Positions 46,445-60,667 of a stretch of 64,000 bases of DNA are shown here, in pieces. Both the position numbers and the translations under genes were made by a program. How positions within the stretch are numbered: position 1 is the first letter of the stretch; every line of letters starts with the position of its first letter. The stretch lies in NCBI GenBank assembly GCA_951406725.2, contig OX597835.1, positions 41,416,001-41,480,000 of the forward strand, given 5' to 3'. Source of the DNA: Octopus vulgaris. Lineage: Eukaryota. The notes beneath the pieces are model-generated. The model had not been told where the DNA came from, searched no databases, and worked only from the letters and a program-made list of their open reading frames with translations.

Positions 46445-46874
46445 CAGGGCCGGATTAAGACCCGTCGAGGCCCTAAGCACTTGAAAGATTTTGGTGCCCC
46501 CATAAAAGATTATGTAATTCAAAATACAAACAATAACAAACCATAAAATAATTTTTTATTTTTCAAAGTGAAACAAAACAGTAAAAGAGGGAAAATAATG
46601 TTTATTTTTGTATATTTCCACTTTATCAATTATTTGAAAAGTTTCCTCCTACTTTTTTGAATTGCAAATTCTTTGAATCAGATCCTTAAAATTAATCTTA
46701 GGTAACACATCTGCATCTATACTTAGTAGAGATAAAGGCATCCCGAATATTATTTTAGCGAGTTTAAAGTGATTTCTTTTGTGCCGTAAACCATTTACCA
46801 TTTCTGTGGTGCCCCCTCCTGCCCTTGATGCCCTAAGCAAGTGTTTATTTTGCTTAATGGTTAATCCAGCGCTG
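46445..46874 (-). mobile_element. hAT-like non-autonomous element
   Basis: TIR CAGGGCCGGATTAA / TTAATCCAGCGCTG. Minus strand reads LSLLSIDADVLPKINFKDLI, resembling the hAT dimerisation domain. Confidence 0.6.
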
Positions 46875-47005
46875 TCCTTCAGGCACACCCAAACTGGTGT
46901 AATCAATTGGGTGAACGTCTGTTGGAAAACTCTGTGGGCAGGGTGGGGTGGCTTGCATGCCCTAGCTTCCTGGTCACCCTTCGCCACTGATATGTATATA
47001 TACAC

Positions 47006-47034
<29 letters not shown>

Positions 47035-47036
<2 letters not shown>

Positions 47037-47320
47037 GAGGTGCAATGGCCCAGTGGTTTAGGGCAGCGGACTCGCGGTCGTAGGATCGCGGTTTCGATTT
47101 CCAGACCGGGCGTTGTGAGTGTTTATTGAGAGAGAAAACACCTAAAAAGCTCCACGTGGCTCCAGCAGGGGGTGGTGGCGATCCCTGCTGTACTCTTTCT
47201 CTACAATTTTCTCTCGCTCTTTCTTCTGTTGGCCTGCTCGCTTTTTAAAGGCTAAAACAATGCGAATCGCATTGTGACCAGCGATGTGTAACAACATCTG
47301 ATAGTCTGGTCGGTCACGTG
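47035..47320 (+). mobile_element. SINE family C (tRNA-like head)
   Basis: GTGGAGGTGCAATGGCCCAGTGGTTTAGGGCAGCGGACTCGCGG..GGTTTCGATTTCC. Confidence 0.75.
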
Positions 47321-47389
<69 letters not shown>

Positions 47390-47392
<3 letters not shown>

Positions 47393-48100
47393 CACAAAGT
47401 CACTGTTTCCACTGTTGGTCCTCTGATGAGAACAACACTACGTGATGATGCAAAATCCATGTGCAAGATGCTGCAGAAACAATACTGCTGTTTTCAGTAA
47501 CGCTAATGCGATTGATCTGGCTAGTACCAGTGATGTAAACCCCCAACTAACGATATCTGACATAACTTTTGGTGCTCCTGATATCCTAACAGAAATAAAT
47601 AAGATCAAGCACAACTCGGCAGTAGGTCCCGATCAGTTCCCTGCCACTGTCCTGAAGAACTGTCGACATCAAATTGCACTCCCTCTAGCTGAGCTCTAGA
47701 GGAACTCAACGCAGGCTACATTCCTGATCATTTTCTTTCCCAGTCTGTCATTCCAGTTTTCTAACAGGGAAATAAATCTCTTGCAGCGAACTACCGTCCG
47801 ATTTCACTCACCTCTCATATCATTAACGTATTTGAGAGGGTGGTGAGATCGCGGATAACCCATTTCCTCGAAGATAACAATCTGCTGAACCCAAACCAAC
47901 ATGGTTTCCGTGACGGCAGGGACTGCCTGTCGCAGCTTCTGCACCATTTTTGATGACATTTTAAAAAGCTCTGGGAGAAGGCTCCAATACTGATGTCATA
48001 TACCTTGATTTCAGCAAGGCATTTGACAGAATGGACCACAAAATCCTGCTGAAGAAACTATCCAACATTGGAGTCCGTGGAAAGCTGCTGAAGTGAATAA
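47390..48100 (+). mobile_element. CR1-clade LINE RT fragment
   Basis: SAVGPDQFP..LKNC, NYRPISLTSHI..FER, NQHGFR..CLSQLL and YLDFSKAFD..H..LL.KL. Confidence 0.9.
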
Positions 48101-48261
48101 AGTTAGGGTTAGGGTTGCAGAGATGTGAAAATATGGCTACTACTTGTTAATTTCCCCCTAGCACCCAAAACGCCCCTCAAGCTTCGAATGGCCTCCTGAG
48201 GACATATCACCCCCATTGAGAACCTTTCCTCTAGAGCATGCACTGCTTTTGGACTTAACAT

Positions 48262-48357
48262 CAGGCCATATTCTTTCAGCCTCCAGGCCATATTCTTTCA
48301 GCCTCCAGGCCATATTCTTTCAGCCTCCAGGCCATATTCTTTCAGCCTCCAGGCCAT
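48262..48357. repeat. 22-bp tandem repeat x4.4 (CAGGCCATATTCTTTCAGCCTC)
   Basis: Perfect head-to-tail copies with no spacers. Confidence 0.95.
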
Positions 48358-48374
48358 CTCTGTGTTGAACTTAA

Positions 48375-48590
48375 GATTTTCCTCCAGAGTAAAAGAGTGA
48401 ATGTAGTCAACTCTTTCATCTACCCTGGTAGCACCCTCTCTAGAGATGGATCCATTGATTCTGAAATAAATCTGAGAATTGAAAATGTCAGCAAAGCATT
48501 TGGAAGGCTCAGAAAGTGAGTGCGGTCTGACAGAGGTATCACCATGGAAACCAAGCTCAGCATCCATGAACCATGCATCTTTATTATCCT
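48375..48590 (+). mobile_element. RTE LINE fragment
   Basis: FIYPGSTLSRDGSIDSEINLRIENVSKAFGRL. Confidence 0.75.
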
Positions 48591-48875
48591 TTTAGTGGTA
48601 AGAGCAGCAGCCATGTACCTCCGGTCAAGCGTTAGGTAGAAAAGAGAGATAGGTGTGCTAGAAAGCGAAAGACATGTTCCTTCACTGAAATACTGGATGA
48701 AAGAGACAGGTGCTCTTTCGGCAAAGGTGACAAACGAAAGAATTCTGTTTAGTGTCCAGTATTTATACTTGTTGAAAATTGGATGTAGGTCGGGAAACAA
48801 AAGAAAGCAAATGGGTTTGTTTCTGCTGACTTGAATTTAACCTAAGATGTTATGTTAAAGAGCAGAACTTTAAAG

Positions 48876-49318
48876 GCGCAGGAGTGGCTGTTAAAGATGC
48901 AGGAGTGGCTGTGTGGTAAGTAGCTTCCTTACGAACCACAGGGTTCTGGGTTCATTCCCACTGCGTGGCATCTTGGGCAAGTGTCTTCTACTATAGCATC
49001 GGGCCGACCAAAGCCTTGTGAGTGGATTTGGTAGACGGAAACTGGAAGAAGCCCGTCGTATATATGTATATATATATGTATGCATGTGTGTGTGTGTGTG
49101 TCTGTGTTTGTCCCCTCCCCCACCATTGCTTGACAACCGATGCTGGTGTGTTTACGTCCCCGTAACTTAACGGTTCAGCAAAATAGACCGATAGAATAAG
49201 TACTAGGCTTCCAAAGAATACATCCTGGGGTCGATTTACTCGACTAAAGGCGATGCTCCAGCATTGCCGCAGTCAAATGACTGAAACAAGTAAAAGAGAG
49301 TAAAAGAGAGAGAGAGTA
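48876..49318 (+). mobile_element. SINE family A
   Basis: Full length with a duplicated head and (GA)n tail. Confidence 0.85.
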
Positions 49319-49409
49319 ACTTATCTACGTCTGACAATTGACTATTATGAATTTGTAAGTGCTAATGCTGAGAACAATAGAAATAAGCTTTGAAGGAAAC
49401 AAAGCTACT

Positions 49410-50176
49410 TCATCCGCAACCAAATGCTTTGCGCTGAACACCTTCCCAAAGATGCTGGAGTAAGCAGTAATTGTTTATTAGGAGTTGCAACGTGGCAAAT
49501 GTCCAAGATATAAACCTAAGAAATGTCTTAGGAATGCCATCAAAAGAAACCTCAAGTCTTTTAGTGTGAATGTTGAAGACTGAGAACCGTTGATGGAAGA
49601 TCGAATGGTTGTAAAGTATTTGACGCATGAAGAATTGAACAATCCATTTTGACAACGGCACTTGGCGACCATGACTTAACTTCTGTCTCAGACATTTTTC
49701 TGTCTTTACTCTTTACTCGTTTCAGTCATATGACTGTGGCCATGCTGGAGCACCGCCTTTAGTCGAGCAAATTGACCCCAGGACTTATTCTTTGTAAGCC
49801 TAGTACTTATTCTATCGGTCTCTTTTGCCGGGGGGGACGTAAACACACCAGCATCGGTTAAGAGACTTTGTGGGGACAAACACAGACACACAAACATACA
49901 CACACACATAGATACATATATATACGACGGGCTTCTTTCAGTTTCCGCCTACCAAATCCACTCACAACGCTTTGGTCGGCCCGAGGCTATAGTAGAAGAC
50001 ACTTGTCCAAGGTGCCACGCAGTGGGATTGAACCCGGAACCATGTGGTTGGTAAGCAAGCTTCTTACCACACAGCCACTCCTACGCCTGTCTGAAAATAT
50101 TTATAACATGTCCTGTAGGATCTGTTCATCTAAAGCCGGACTCGCTAGTCATAGATCACATGACCACATTTCCTAA
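49410..50176 (+). mobile_element. RTE LINE 3' end interrupted by a family A SINE (49705-50088, minus)
   Basis: ELQRGKCPRYKPKKCLRNAIKRNLK, then after the SINE CRICSSKAGLASH (C-terminal Zn finger); CTGTCT flanks the SINE on both sides. Confidence 0.65.
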
Positions 50177-51630
50177 GTGAAGAGGTAGCCGTCACAAAAA
50201 AAGGCACCATGGTACATATCAAATAATTTAAAACTCATTTCTTTTTATATAACGTTCATTAGTTATAATCTACTTAATTGTATTCTACATTAATTAATAT
50301 CATGTTTCAGTAACAATGTAATTATGTATGAAACTTAAAACTACTGATATAGGAAATTATAGAGCTAAAAAGAAAAACTGTTGGAAAGGGACCAATTTTG
50401 AAAAATGTTCTGGGGAAGAAGCGGTTGAGCATCTTTTCTATTTGGCTTTCATTTTCCAGCTGTGGCGACTCGTGTATAGGCACTGCGGAACTGCAGCACC
50501 GTTTATTTCCACTCGATATTATCAATAACATTCAATATAATGCGTCCTCTTTTTTTAAAATTCTTTCTTTATACTTATACATTATATAATCCTTAAGCTT
50601 AGTAGCTTTCTTAAGCTCAGGAACTTACCCCTAGTTTATGAAAAAGATACAAAAGCCCTTGTATAGAACTGTGCGCTTCACAGTTCCAGCGACGCGGTGT
50701 TTCGCTGTTGTGTGCATGTTTACATGTCCGAGATAGGAAGCTTCATGCTAGGGAGAGTGAGCACTGTCGTTCACGCAGTGCCTACCCTGATGTGCTGGTA
50801 AAAGGTAGTGTTTCTTTTTGACTCTGTGTGTGTTGTGCTTAAAAACGTATTTATATTCTTGAATGTAATAAAATGTAGAATTAGATTATTATCCTGCTTC
50901 CAGCTTATCAAGTTTCGAACATTTTGATTGGGTTTGGGATAGAAAATTCACAAAAAATTCACTTTCATTGATTTTTTAATGGCTTTGCGGGGTGACTGGG
51001 GAAATGTAAAGATGTGCACGACCACCCTTGGACGGTTTTGAATGACCATAGAAAGTGCGAGCCCTCTAACTGAAAAATTGTGGATTTGTATAAAGGACAC
51101 ACACACACACACACAGACATTTTGCCGTTTATATATAGAGAGATTGACTCAGCGATTCGTAACATTTTTTTTTCTTTTTCATATCCTTTATTTAAGTAAA
51201 AAGAAAAAAAACTCCTCTGACAAGGAAAGTATTTATGTCCGTTATAAACGACTCTGCGTAAACTGCACAGATAAAAACGAAAAACAGAAAAACAACTTTC
51301 AGTTTTAGTGGAACACTCGAAACATGACGTAGGCGCGATAAAATAATGACGTCAGAACAAGATAAGTATACATACAGACGACTTCAGAATGATACTGATG
51401 AGGGAAATTCAATATCGTAACAAATAAGGAGTGTTTTAAAATACGTTTATAGGCATTTATTATTATTATTTTTAAATCACTGCGCGCTACTTCTGACCAA
51501 TCGGAATTTCTATCATAAATGGTTCTTTTACGGAGATGCAGCGCTCCTTAGGATGGAGGGCATTCACTTTGTTATGTTGTAAGAAAGTGACGTCAGACGT
51601 GGTTGTGTGGATAAATGCAAATCATGGTTT

Positions 51631-52033
51631 GGATCTTTTCGGTTTGAACGGCAGCTTTTTCTAGCGGTGTCATATGAAATTGTCACCCATAATTATGACC
51701 CTAGTATCGATCTATTGCATTTCAATCTATCTTAGGGTTAGGAGTGGGGGGAAGGGTATCTTTTTTTTCTTCACAAATGTAAATAAACCCAATCTGTTTC
51801 TTAAACGAGGGACATATTCATACGGCACAGAATGTTTTCACCTCAATGGACGTCACTGATTGGTTGAAATTGCAGAAAAAAAAACAACAAATATCTTACA
51901 AACCATATAATTTTCTCAATAAAGCCAAGAGAAAAAGATGTTTTATAAACACATTCTACCAGTATACGAAGTTTAAAAGTGTTTAGTTACCAAGAAATTA
52001 TGTTAAAAACTGCCGTTCACACCGAAAAGATCC
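51631..52033. mobile_element. Merlin-like MITE
   Basis: TIR GGATCTTTTCGGTTTGAACGGCAG / CTGCCGTTCACACCGAAAAGATCC; 8-bp TSD CATGGTTT/CATGGTTG. Confidence 0.75.
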
Positions 52034-52244
52034 CATGGTTGTAGCGTAAGAAGTGTGTTTCTCAACCACATGGTTTCGGGTTGAGTCCAACTGTGGGTAT
52101 CTTCTACTACAGCATCGGACCGACCAAAGCCTTGTGAGTGGATTTGGTAGCAGAAACTACTGAAAGATGCCCGTTGTGTGTGTGTGGGCGTGTGAAAGTA
52201 ATACCCTTTCTTATTTGTATAATTTTTGTGGTTTTCTACTCTCA

Positions 52245-52634
52245 ACGGGATGGTGCACCACCTCGGTATGAGTAAAACGTTCAGGAATGGTTCAATCTTA
52301 ATTTTGAGGTGAGATGGATAGGACAACGTGGAGCAATTGAGTGGTTATCACGATCATCAGACCTAACACCATCTGACTTTTTTTTGTGGGTGTATTGAAA
52401 GATCTTGTTCACTCCCTCAAACCGAAAACAATTCAGAAATTAAAACAAACAATTTGATGAATCAGCAGTGTTCTCAAAACGAAGTGGAGTGTTTTTGAAG
52501 ATGTTGATTAAACTTTTTATCATAATGAATTACGTTTTTTTTGTTTTGATGTTGCAATATCTAATAAATTTTTTAAAACTACCGCAATTTATTTTCATTA
52601 ATTGTTTTTTTTTTCATTTCTTTAACTACTGTAC
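52245..52634 (+). mobile_element. Tc1/mariner-superfamily transposase 3' fragment
   Basis: DGAPPR..RWIGQRGAIEWLSRSSDLTPSDFFLW. Confidence 0.75.
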
Positions 52635-52639
52635 TCTTT

Positions 52640-53035
52640 ACTTTTTTACTCTTTTACTTGTTTCAGTCGTTTGACTGCGGCCATGCTGGAGCACCACCTT
52701 TAGTCGAGCAAATCGACCCCGGGACTTATTCTTTGTAAGCTCAGTACTTATTCTATCGGTCTCTTTTGCCGAACCGCTAAGTTACGGGGACGTAAACACA
52801 CCAGCAACAGTTGTCAAGTAATGTTAGGGGGACAAACACAGACACACAAACATATACACATACTTATATATATATATACATATATACGACAGGCTACTTT
52901 CAGTTTCCGTCTACCAAATCCACTCACAAGGCATTGGTCGGCCCGGGGCTATAGCAGAAGACACTTGCCCAAGATGCCACGCAGTGGGACTGAACCCGGA
53001 ACCATGTGGTTGGTTAGCAAGCTACTTACCACACA
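52640..53035 (-). mobile_element. SINE family A
   Basis: Family consensus match. Confidence 0.85.
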
Positions 53036-53128
53036 CCCACAAATTTTTGTACAATAAAAAATTACTAAATAAAATAAATGTACTGTAAAAATTACTTAAT
53101 AAAAAGGGCGTTACTTCTGCCGCACCCT

Positions 53129-53216
<88 letters not shown>

Positions 53217-53659
53217 TGTGTATGTGTGGAAGCGCAATGGCCCAGTGGTTAGGGAAGCGGACTCGCGGTCGTATATATATATATATATATATACGAAATG
53301 TTTAGTCTCTGGCATGTAATCTGGACAGCCATAAATTAATGGCTAAAAAAATAAATAAATAGCAAACAGGCACTGGACTGGCTGCGTTCTTTGGAACCAC
53401 ATGATTTCTGGTTCAGTTCCACTGCATGGTACCTTGGACAAGTGTCTTCTTTATAGTTCTAACCAATGCCTTGTGAGTGAATTTGGTAGCTGGAAAGCTA
53501 CAAAAGACTGTCATGTGTATGTGTGTGTGTGTTCATCCAATTGCTTGACAAGTGGTGTTGGTTTGTTTACGTCTCAATAACTTAATGTTGTGGCAAAAGA
53601 TACAAACGGAACAAGTAGTAGACTTAAAAGGCAAAATTTTTTCAAGTAAACCTAATTTT

Positions 53660-54050
53660 TTTTTACTACCCACAAGGGGCTAAACACAGAGAGGACAAAC
53701 AAGGACAGACGAAAGGATTAAGTCGATTACATCGACCCCAGTGCGTAACTGGTACTTATTTAATCGCCCCCGAAAGGATGAAAGGTAAAGTCGACCTCGG
53801 CGGAATTTGAACTCAGCGGCAGAGTTTACTACCCACAAGGGGCTAAACGCAGAGAGGACAAACAAGGATAGACAAACGGATTAAGTCGATTATATCGACC
53901 CCAGTGCGTAACTGGTACTTATTTAATCGCCCCCGAAAGGATGAAAGGCAAAGTCGACCTCGGCGGAATTTGAACTCAGAACGTAACGGCAGACGAAATA
54001 CCGGAAAGCATTTCGACCGGCGTGCTAACGATTCTGCCAGCTCGCTGCCT
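53660..54050 (-). mobile_element. SINE family B with tandemly duplicated 3' half
   Basis: A ~160-bp block (TTTACTACCCACAAGGGG..GAACTCAG) is present twice. Confidence 0.8.
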
Positions 54051-55204
54051 TTGCCGCAGTCTAATGACTGAAACACGGAAAAAAAAAAAAAGAAAAAAAA
54101 AAAAAGAAAGCATATTGTTTAAGTTGCTTAGTAACTGGATTATACACGAGTTGTATTCAGTAGCAACACTGTTTATATATAAACCTTACACGTGGGGGGA
54201 AAAAGAAAGTCATTTTCCTGCTGTTTCAAGAAGGTCAAGAGATTGTAAAGAGACCGGTTCATGCTGCTGAAATGTCTTTGAGTTGTTACCGACGACATGC
54301 ACTTGGTAGCAGTATGAGGTGAACAGGGACAATTAGCGGATGGGCAATATACAGTAATGGACCAATCAATTGCTGAAAGAGTAAGTGTGGGTGTGTAAAA
54401 GTTAAGGGGATTGACCGTAAAGGAAATGGTAGAGGTAGGTAGGTGACAAAATGGGTGTGTGGCATCAGTAGAGCCAAGAAGGAAGGGGATATAGTTAAGT
54501 GGAGAAGAATGTAGTGAGTTGAATGGAAAGTTTAATCACTTAAAACTACGTACGTACATAATGTAGGGAAAAAGACAAGCATTAATGACAATTCTTGTCA
54601 GGAAAGGGAAGGGAGATAATAGGAGCCTGCAGTAAGGAGTGAAAATTTGTCAGGGTCTCCTTTTGATTACACCTATTTGAATAAATTTAGGGTTAGACCA
54701 CACACTAAAGTGTACTTGATGCCACTAAATTATTATTATTGTTAAGATGACAAACTGGGTGAATCATTTGTATGTTGGACCAGTTGAGAACAGGGTTGGT
54801 CAGTTCCTGACTAATAATAATGATGATGATGATTTCTTTATTGACCACAAATGGCTTACATTAAGGAAAAACATTATGGACAGTACAGGACAAAACAAGG
54901 AATGTGTATGTGTATTTGTTGTGGCCAGGGTTTTGCATGTAAACAGGTTTAATGTAATAAAAGATAATTCTAATTTTTGGTATAAGGCCAGGAATTTTAG
55001 GGGTAGAGGAAGTTGATCACAATGGCCCTTTTGCTCAACTGGTGCTTATTCTATAAATCTTGAAAGGATGAAAGGCCAAAATAATAATTCTTTCTACTAA
55101 AGGCACAAGGCCTGAAATTTGGGGTGGATGGGTGACTAGTTAATTACAATGACCCCCAATGTGTAACTTATCGACCTTGAAAGGGAATCTGAAAATAATA
55201 TTGT

Positions 55205-55578
55205 TTACCAACCACATGGTTCCGGGTTCAGTCCCACTGTGTGGCACCTTGGGCAAGTGTCTTCTACTATAGCCTCGGGCCGACCAAAGCCTTGTGAGTG
55301 GATTTGGTAGACGGAAACTGAAAGAAGTCCGTCGTATATATGTATATATATATATATATATATGTTTGTGTGTGTTTGTTCCCCTAGCATTGCTTGACAA
55401 CCGATGCTGGTGTGTTTATGTCCCCGTTACCTAGTGGTTCGGCAAAAGAGACCGATTGAATAAGTACTGGGCTTACAAAAGAATAAGTCCCAGGGTCGAG
55501 TTGCTCGATTAAAGGTGGTGCTCCAGCATGGCCACAGTCAAATGACTGAAACAAGTAAAAGAGAGTAAAAGAGAGTAA
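55205..55578 (+). mobile_element. SINE family A (5'-truncated)
   Basis: Family consensus match. Confidence 0.8.
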
Positions 55579-58500
55579 TAATAAATGCCCCAATGCAGTA
55601 CCATGCAGTGGCTTTCATCTTAACTGATTGAGAGTACTCTTATGTACATATTTTGTCTTGGTATAAAAGATGGGTGACAACAGATGTTCAACTGCTATGT
55701 ATTTCATCGATGCTGAAAGGATGAAATGTAAAGTCGACCTCGGTGGAATTTGAACTCAGAATACAGCAATGGACAAAATACCACTAGGCATTTTGTCCGG
55801 TGCACTACTGATTCTGCTTGCTTACCACCTTAGTAACAATAATCCTTTCTACTAAAGGCACAAGGCCTGAAATTTTTTGGACGAGAAGTTAAGTCAATTA
55901 CATCGACCCCCAGCACTCAACTGGTACTTATTTTATTGACCCCAAAAGGATGTAAAGCAAACTGAGCCTTGGTAGCATTTGAACCCAGAACATAAGGACA
56001 GGCAAAATACTACAAAGCATTTTGCCCGGTGTACTGATTTTCTTGTGTTGCCAGTTTGAATAATAAGTGGGAGGAGGAAATGGAAAATGAAAGTAGAATG
56101 TTAAAATGAAAACAGAATGTTCTGAGAAAAACGCAAATTTTTGCGAGTGAACTGAAATGAAAATGAAAGTAGTCGGTTCTTGGAGAAAGCATTTGTTAGT
56201 GTTTTTTTAGAATACGTTATAAAACCAGAGTTGTAATTTTGAAATATCTAAGTACTTGCGGATTTGCGATATATATATATATATTTTTTGATATGGTGGG
56301 AGAAGCAAAGAAAAGAAAAACAAACAGGTTCTGGATAAAACATTGTTTTCAAAAACCAAAAGTATTGGGTCACAGCTCCAGTACTATGGACATGTGATTA
56401 GAATGTTGCAAAAACAAATCACAAATGGATTCTTCATGCGAAACCATCCAGCAGGAGACCCAGAATGAAGAATGAGATGGTTAGATAATATCCACAGTCT
56501 TAGCTGGTTGCATCAGAAAGTTTTGAGTTAGCTCAGAGGCATTACCACCACCACCACCAACAACAACAACCTTAAGTAAACTGAAAGAATCGGTCGGAAA
56601 GAAATATTGAACCAATTCACTGTCTTCAATGGATGTCATAGAGATCATAATTAACTTCATTTTAACTGCCACTTTTCAATGCTTGTAGGACTCAATAGGT
56701 CTCTTCAAGCACGGCATGTCACCCAACGATTCAAAGTACTTTTTAAATGGCCTGGTTACGCGACACTGATGTAGACTGTGATCTCACTTTACTTGCTGGG
56801 TCTTCTCAACCACAGCATATCTCCAGAGGTCTCGGTCTTCTGTCATTGCCTCTGTGAGGCCCAACGTTCGAAGGTCATGCTTCACCACCTCATCTCATGT
56901 CTTCCTGGATCTCCCTCTTCCATGGGTTCCTTCCACTGTTAGGGAGTGACAGTTCTTCACACAGCTCTCCTCATCCATACGCAGTACATGACCATAACCA
57001 GCAAAGTCGTCTCTCTTGCACACCACATCTGATGCTGCTTACATCCAGTTTTTCTCTCAGGGTGTTTACACTCTGTCGTGTGAGCACACTGACATTATAC
57101 ATCCAGCAGATCATACTAGCTTCATTTCTTTCAAGCCTATGCATGTCTTCACCAGTTTATATATATATATACATATATAAAATTCTGAACTCATCAAAAA
57201 AGACCAACTAAATATAATACATATATGCATGTATAGATATGCACACTAAGATATATATACAAACACACATGTATATATTGGGTTGTCAGACAAATTCATC
57301 TGGTGTTTTTTTTTATCCATTCATGGTATTCCTTTCCAAAATTATTTGAATTTATATGAAAATTACTTTTATCATAGTTATACTAATATTAGCATCAAGC
57401 AGTGCTTAGGCATAAGCAAGCTTTTTTCCCCTCACTGAAAACTCATTCAAATAATAACCAGTAATTAACCTTCGTTGCAATTAGTGGTCTTACTAAATAA
57501 TTTCCATGCAAATTAAAATTCTCAGAATGTCGTTTCTTTATAAGGACATTAAATTAAAATAAATGTATTGTCATAAAATTTTTGTGAACTGAATGTGAAA
57601 TTCCATTGTAACATTTCCAGGAATGAAATTCCTGAAAACCACACAGAAAAGAAAATCATGAAACAATGCAAGCGTCTGTTAGGTTTTTGTTTTGCTTTGT
57701 TACCAGGACACAATCTGCCCTCCCTCACAGCTCATTGAGAAATGATTTAAGAGGTATGTATTGTGTGTGTGTATACACACATAGACATGCAAATATATAT
57801 ATATAAAAACACATACATCTCTATACACACACACACATATCTATCTATCTATCTATATATATATATGTATCATCATTTTTTAACATCCGTCTTCCATACC
57901 TTCAATTCTTCAACAGGATCCAACAGGCTGGAAGACTGTTGTGCACCAATGGTCTCTATGGTTGGATGTTCTTCTCAATACTAACCACTTTACTGAGTGA
58001 ACTGAGTGCATTTCTTCAAAGCACCAGCACCAGTGAGGTCACCCCACATAGCTCACAAAACTAAGATCCTGCTAAGTGTTCAGAACTATGAAAAAAGAGG
58101 TGGGATTAAATTTTTTGTTGTAGAGGAGATACAGGTCTACTTTGTATTATATGGCAGCAGGTAATCCGAGAGGAGCAGGAAAGGGAGATGAAGATGATTG
58201 AGGGGGGGTGTTAGGGTGAGCTCTTAATGTGCAAGAAGGTGAATAAACCTGAATAGGAAGGGAAGCACATGAGGGGTGGGTGGAAAGAAGTTGCAAGAAG
58301 AATGGAGTGAGGCAAGGTCTGAGATGGAGTAGTGGAGATGAATATAATGAACAGGGTAGAAGGAAGGAGGGGTGGTTGATGATAAAATATGAACTGAACT
58401 TATATAAAGTGTGATGTGTACAATCCATCAATCGTTAGGCTTATATAATACAATCACTGAGAAAATACAAGAAAAAAACGTTAGTAAATATTCGAAGCGG

Positions 58501-59447
58501 AAGAGGGATAATTCCCTTCTTGGAAACCATGTCCCTTAAACTAAAAGGTTTGAATGAAGTGGGCAAGAAAAAAGCTCAAGCTACAGATGAAAAAATATTT
58601 TTAATGTTGTGTGTATAAGGTTTTATTTTGGGTGTGTGTGTCATCTAGAGGATGTTGAAATCTATATGAATGCAAGTGAGGAGCAGGCCATTATGTGCTT
58701 AACTGTATCTAATCTGGTGAGAAGGGGTGCCTTCTAATTTCACAACAGAAATTTTTTTAAGATGCAAATTTAGGCTGGTGCAGTTTTTCAGTCAACTAAA
58801 CAGAATCTATGCTTTCTTAACCAGTTGATGTATAGCCTTGATTTTTCTACAACACCTTACTTAATGGTGTGTTTGTTTACATTTGCACTGGTTTCCAGGA
58901 AAGTTGCAGCCCACAAGTGTGGGGTGGTTTTCTTGTCAGTTGCCTGTCAACAAATCTGATTACCGTTGAAGTCATGCGGGATAAGAAATCGCTCATTTGA
59001 AAAACAGTCAAGGATTGGTGGCAGTAATAACATCCAGCTGGTATATATATATATTATAGATATATGTGTGTGTATACATATATACATATACACATGCATA
59101 TTATAGGTAAATATATATTTTTTAACATTACTTCCTTAGGATTAAGGCTGTTTTGCAGCCTTCTCCATGAAATATTAATTGCAGTATGCTAAAAACTATG
59201 TAAGTTTGTATTAATATATAGAGTCAGTATTACACAAAACAATTGGGTATTTTGCAAATAAAGTTAGCTTATCAAATCACTGGCGAAATGAACAATTCAA
59301 CTATGTGTGTGTGCAGTTATATATATATATATACACGTATGTATATATATACACGTATGTATATAATATATAATCGTTTTGGGGTTTTTTTTTAATAGAA
59401 AAACATACATTCTGAGAAGAAGTACACTCTAAGTAGAGCTGTCTATA

Positions 59448-59680
59448 TTAATTACTGGTGAAGGCTAGTTTCTAGGGTTATCCTGGGTTTCTTGCCATAA
59501 AGGGTACCTTTCCAATGACCAGCACAGAAAGGAGATAATCCCCATTGTTGTACCGTTTCCTCCATATTTTGAAGAGGCCATAGGCCAACAGGTTTTAGGG
59601 TCAGAAGATACGTCATAAAGGTACCCTTTATGGCGAGAAACCCAGGGTAGCTCTAGAAACCGGTCTTCACCAGTAATTAA
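59448..59680. mobile_element. Fold-back/MITE-like element with ~65-bp inverted arms
   Basis: TTAATTACTGGTGAAG..GGGTACCTTT / AAAGGTACCC..CTTCACCAGTAATTAA. Confidence 0.75.
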
Positions 59681-59694
59681 AATATATATATATA

Positions 59695-59734
59695 TAGATG
59701 GATAGATAGATAGATAGGTAGGTAGGAAGGTAGG

Positions 59735-59817
<83 letters not shown>

Positions 59818-59885
59818 GTAGATAGATAGATAGGTAGATAGATAGATAGGTAGGTAGGTAGATAGGTAGGTAGATAGATAGATAG
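59695..59885. repeat. (GATA)n/(GGTA)n microsatellite
   Basis: Direct inspection. Confidence 0.95.
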
Positions 59886-60541
59886 AGCATTTATCATATA
59901 CATAAATATGAATAGATCCATTCAAAATTTGGCACAAAGCCTGCAATAAGCATGTGCTCAACCGATGCTTAACTGAACCTCAAAGGACGTAAAGGCAAAG
60001 CTGACCTCAGTGGAATTAGAACTCAGCAATCATTTATAATATTACACACACAAGCATTTATGTCCATGGGTTAGATAAATATATCATCACAACATTGTTT
60101 TACAGCCAGATGCAATTCCTACCACTAGTCCATACCCATTTCTCAAGCAGGGATATTTCACTGGCACCAAGGCCAGCAGACGATTTGTCAAAGTGTAAAT
60201 GTAATAACCCTCTCCCAGCACATGCTTATATAAGGTCAGCTGCGAAAAGAGATGCTGATCTCTGTGGAAGGAACATAAAAGGCTCTCTTGGAGTAGTTGG
60301 TGCTAGGAACCCTAACCACCTGGTGTACGTATTCTTTACCTTCGCCAATGTTACTACATGCTTGTGGGTGGGTGGGTGGGTTCTGTATATATACACATAA
60401 CTATATTTTAAAGGTTTGTGTGTGTGTGTGTGTGTGTTATAGAGGTCTGTATGCTTCAATATATGTGCTCATGGGCACATAAGCATCATTAATATGTACA
60501 AGCATTTATAATATTGCATTTGTGTGTGTATGTATGTGTGC

Positions 60542-60582
<41 letters not shown>

Positions 60583-60667
60583 TAATCCAAACAAGAAAGC
60601 ACAAAAAAACACAGCAACGCGAGGACGTGGAACAAATATAGTATTATTGGACGCTCCTGAAAGGAGG

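Noticed and set aside
48102-48116. TTAGGG telomere-like repeats
   Set aside because: Only about 2.5 units, internal; not a telomere.
48262-48357. Direct repeats resembling a CRISPR array
   Set aside because: Head-to-tail 22-mers with no spacers, no cas genes, and a eukaryotic context.
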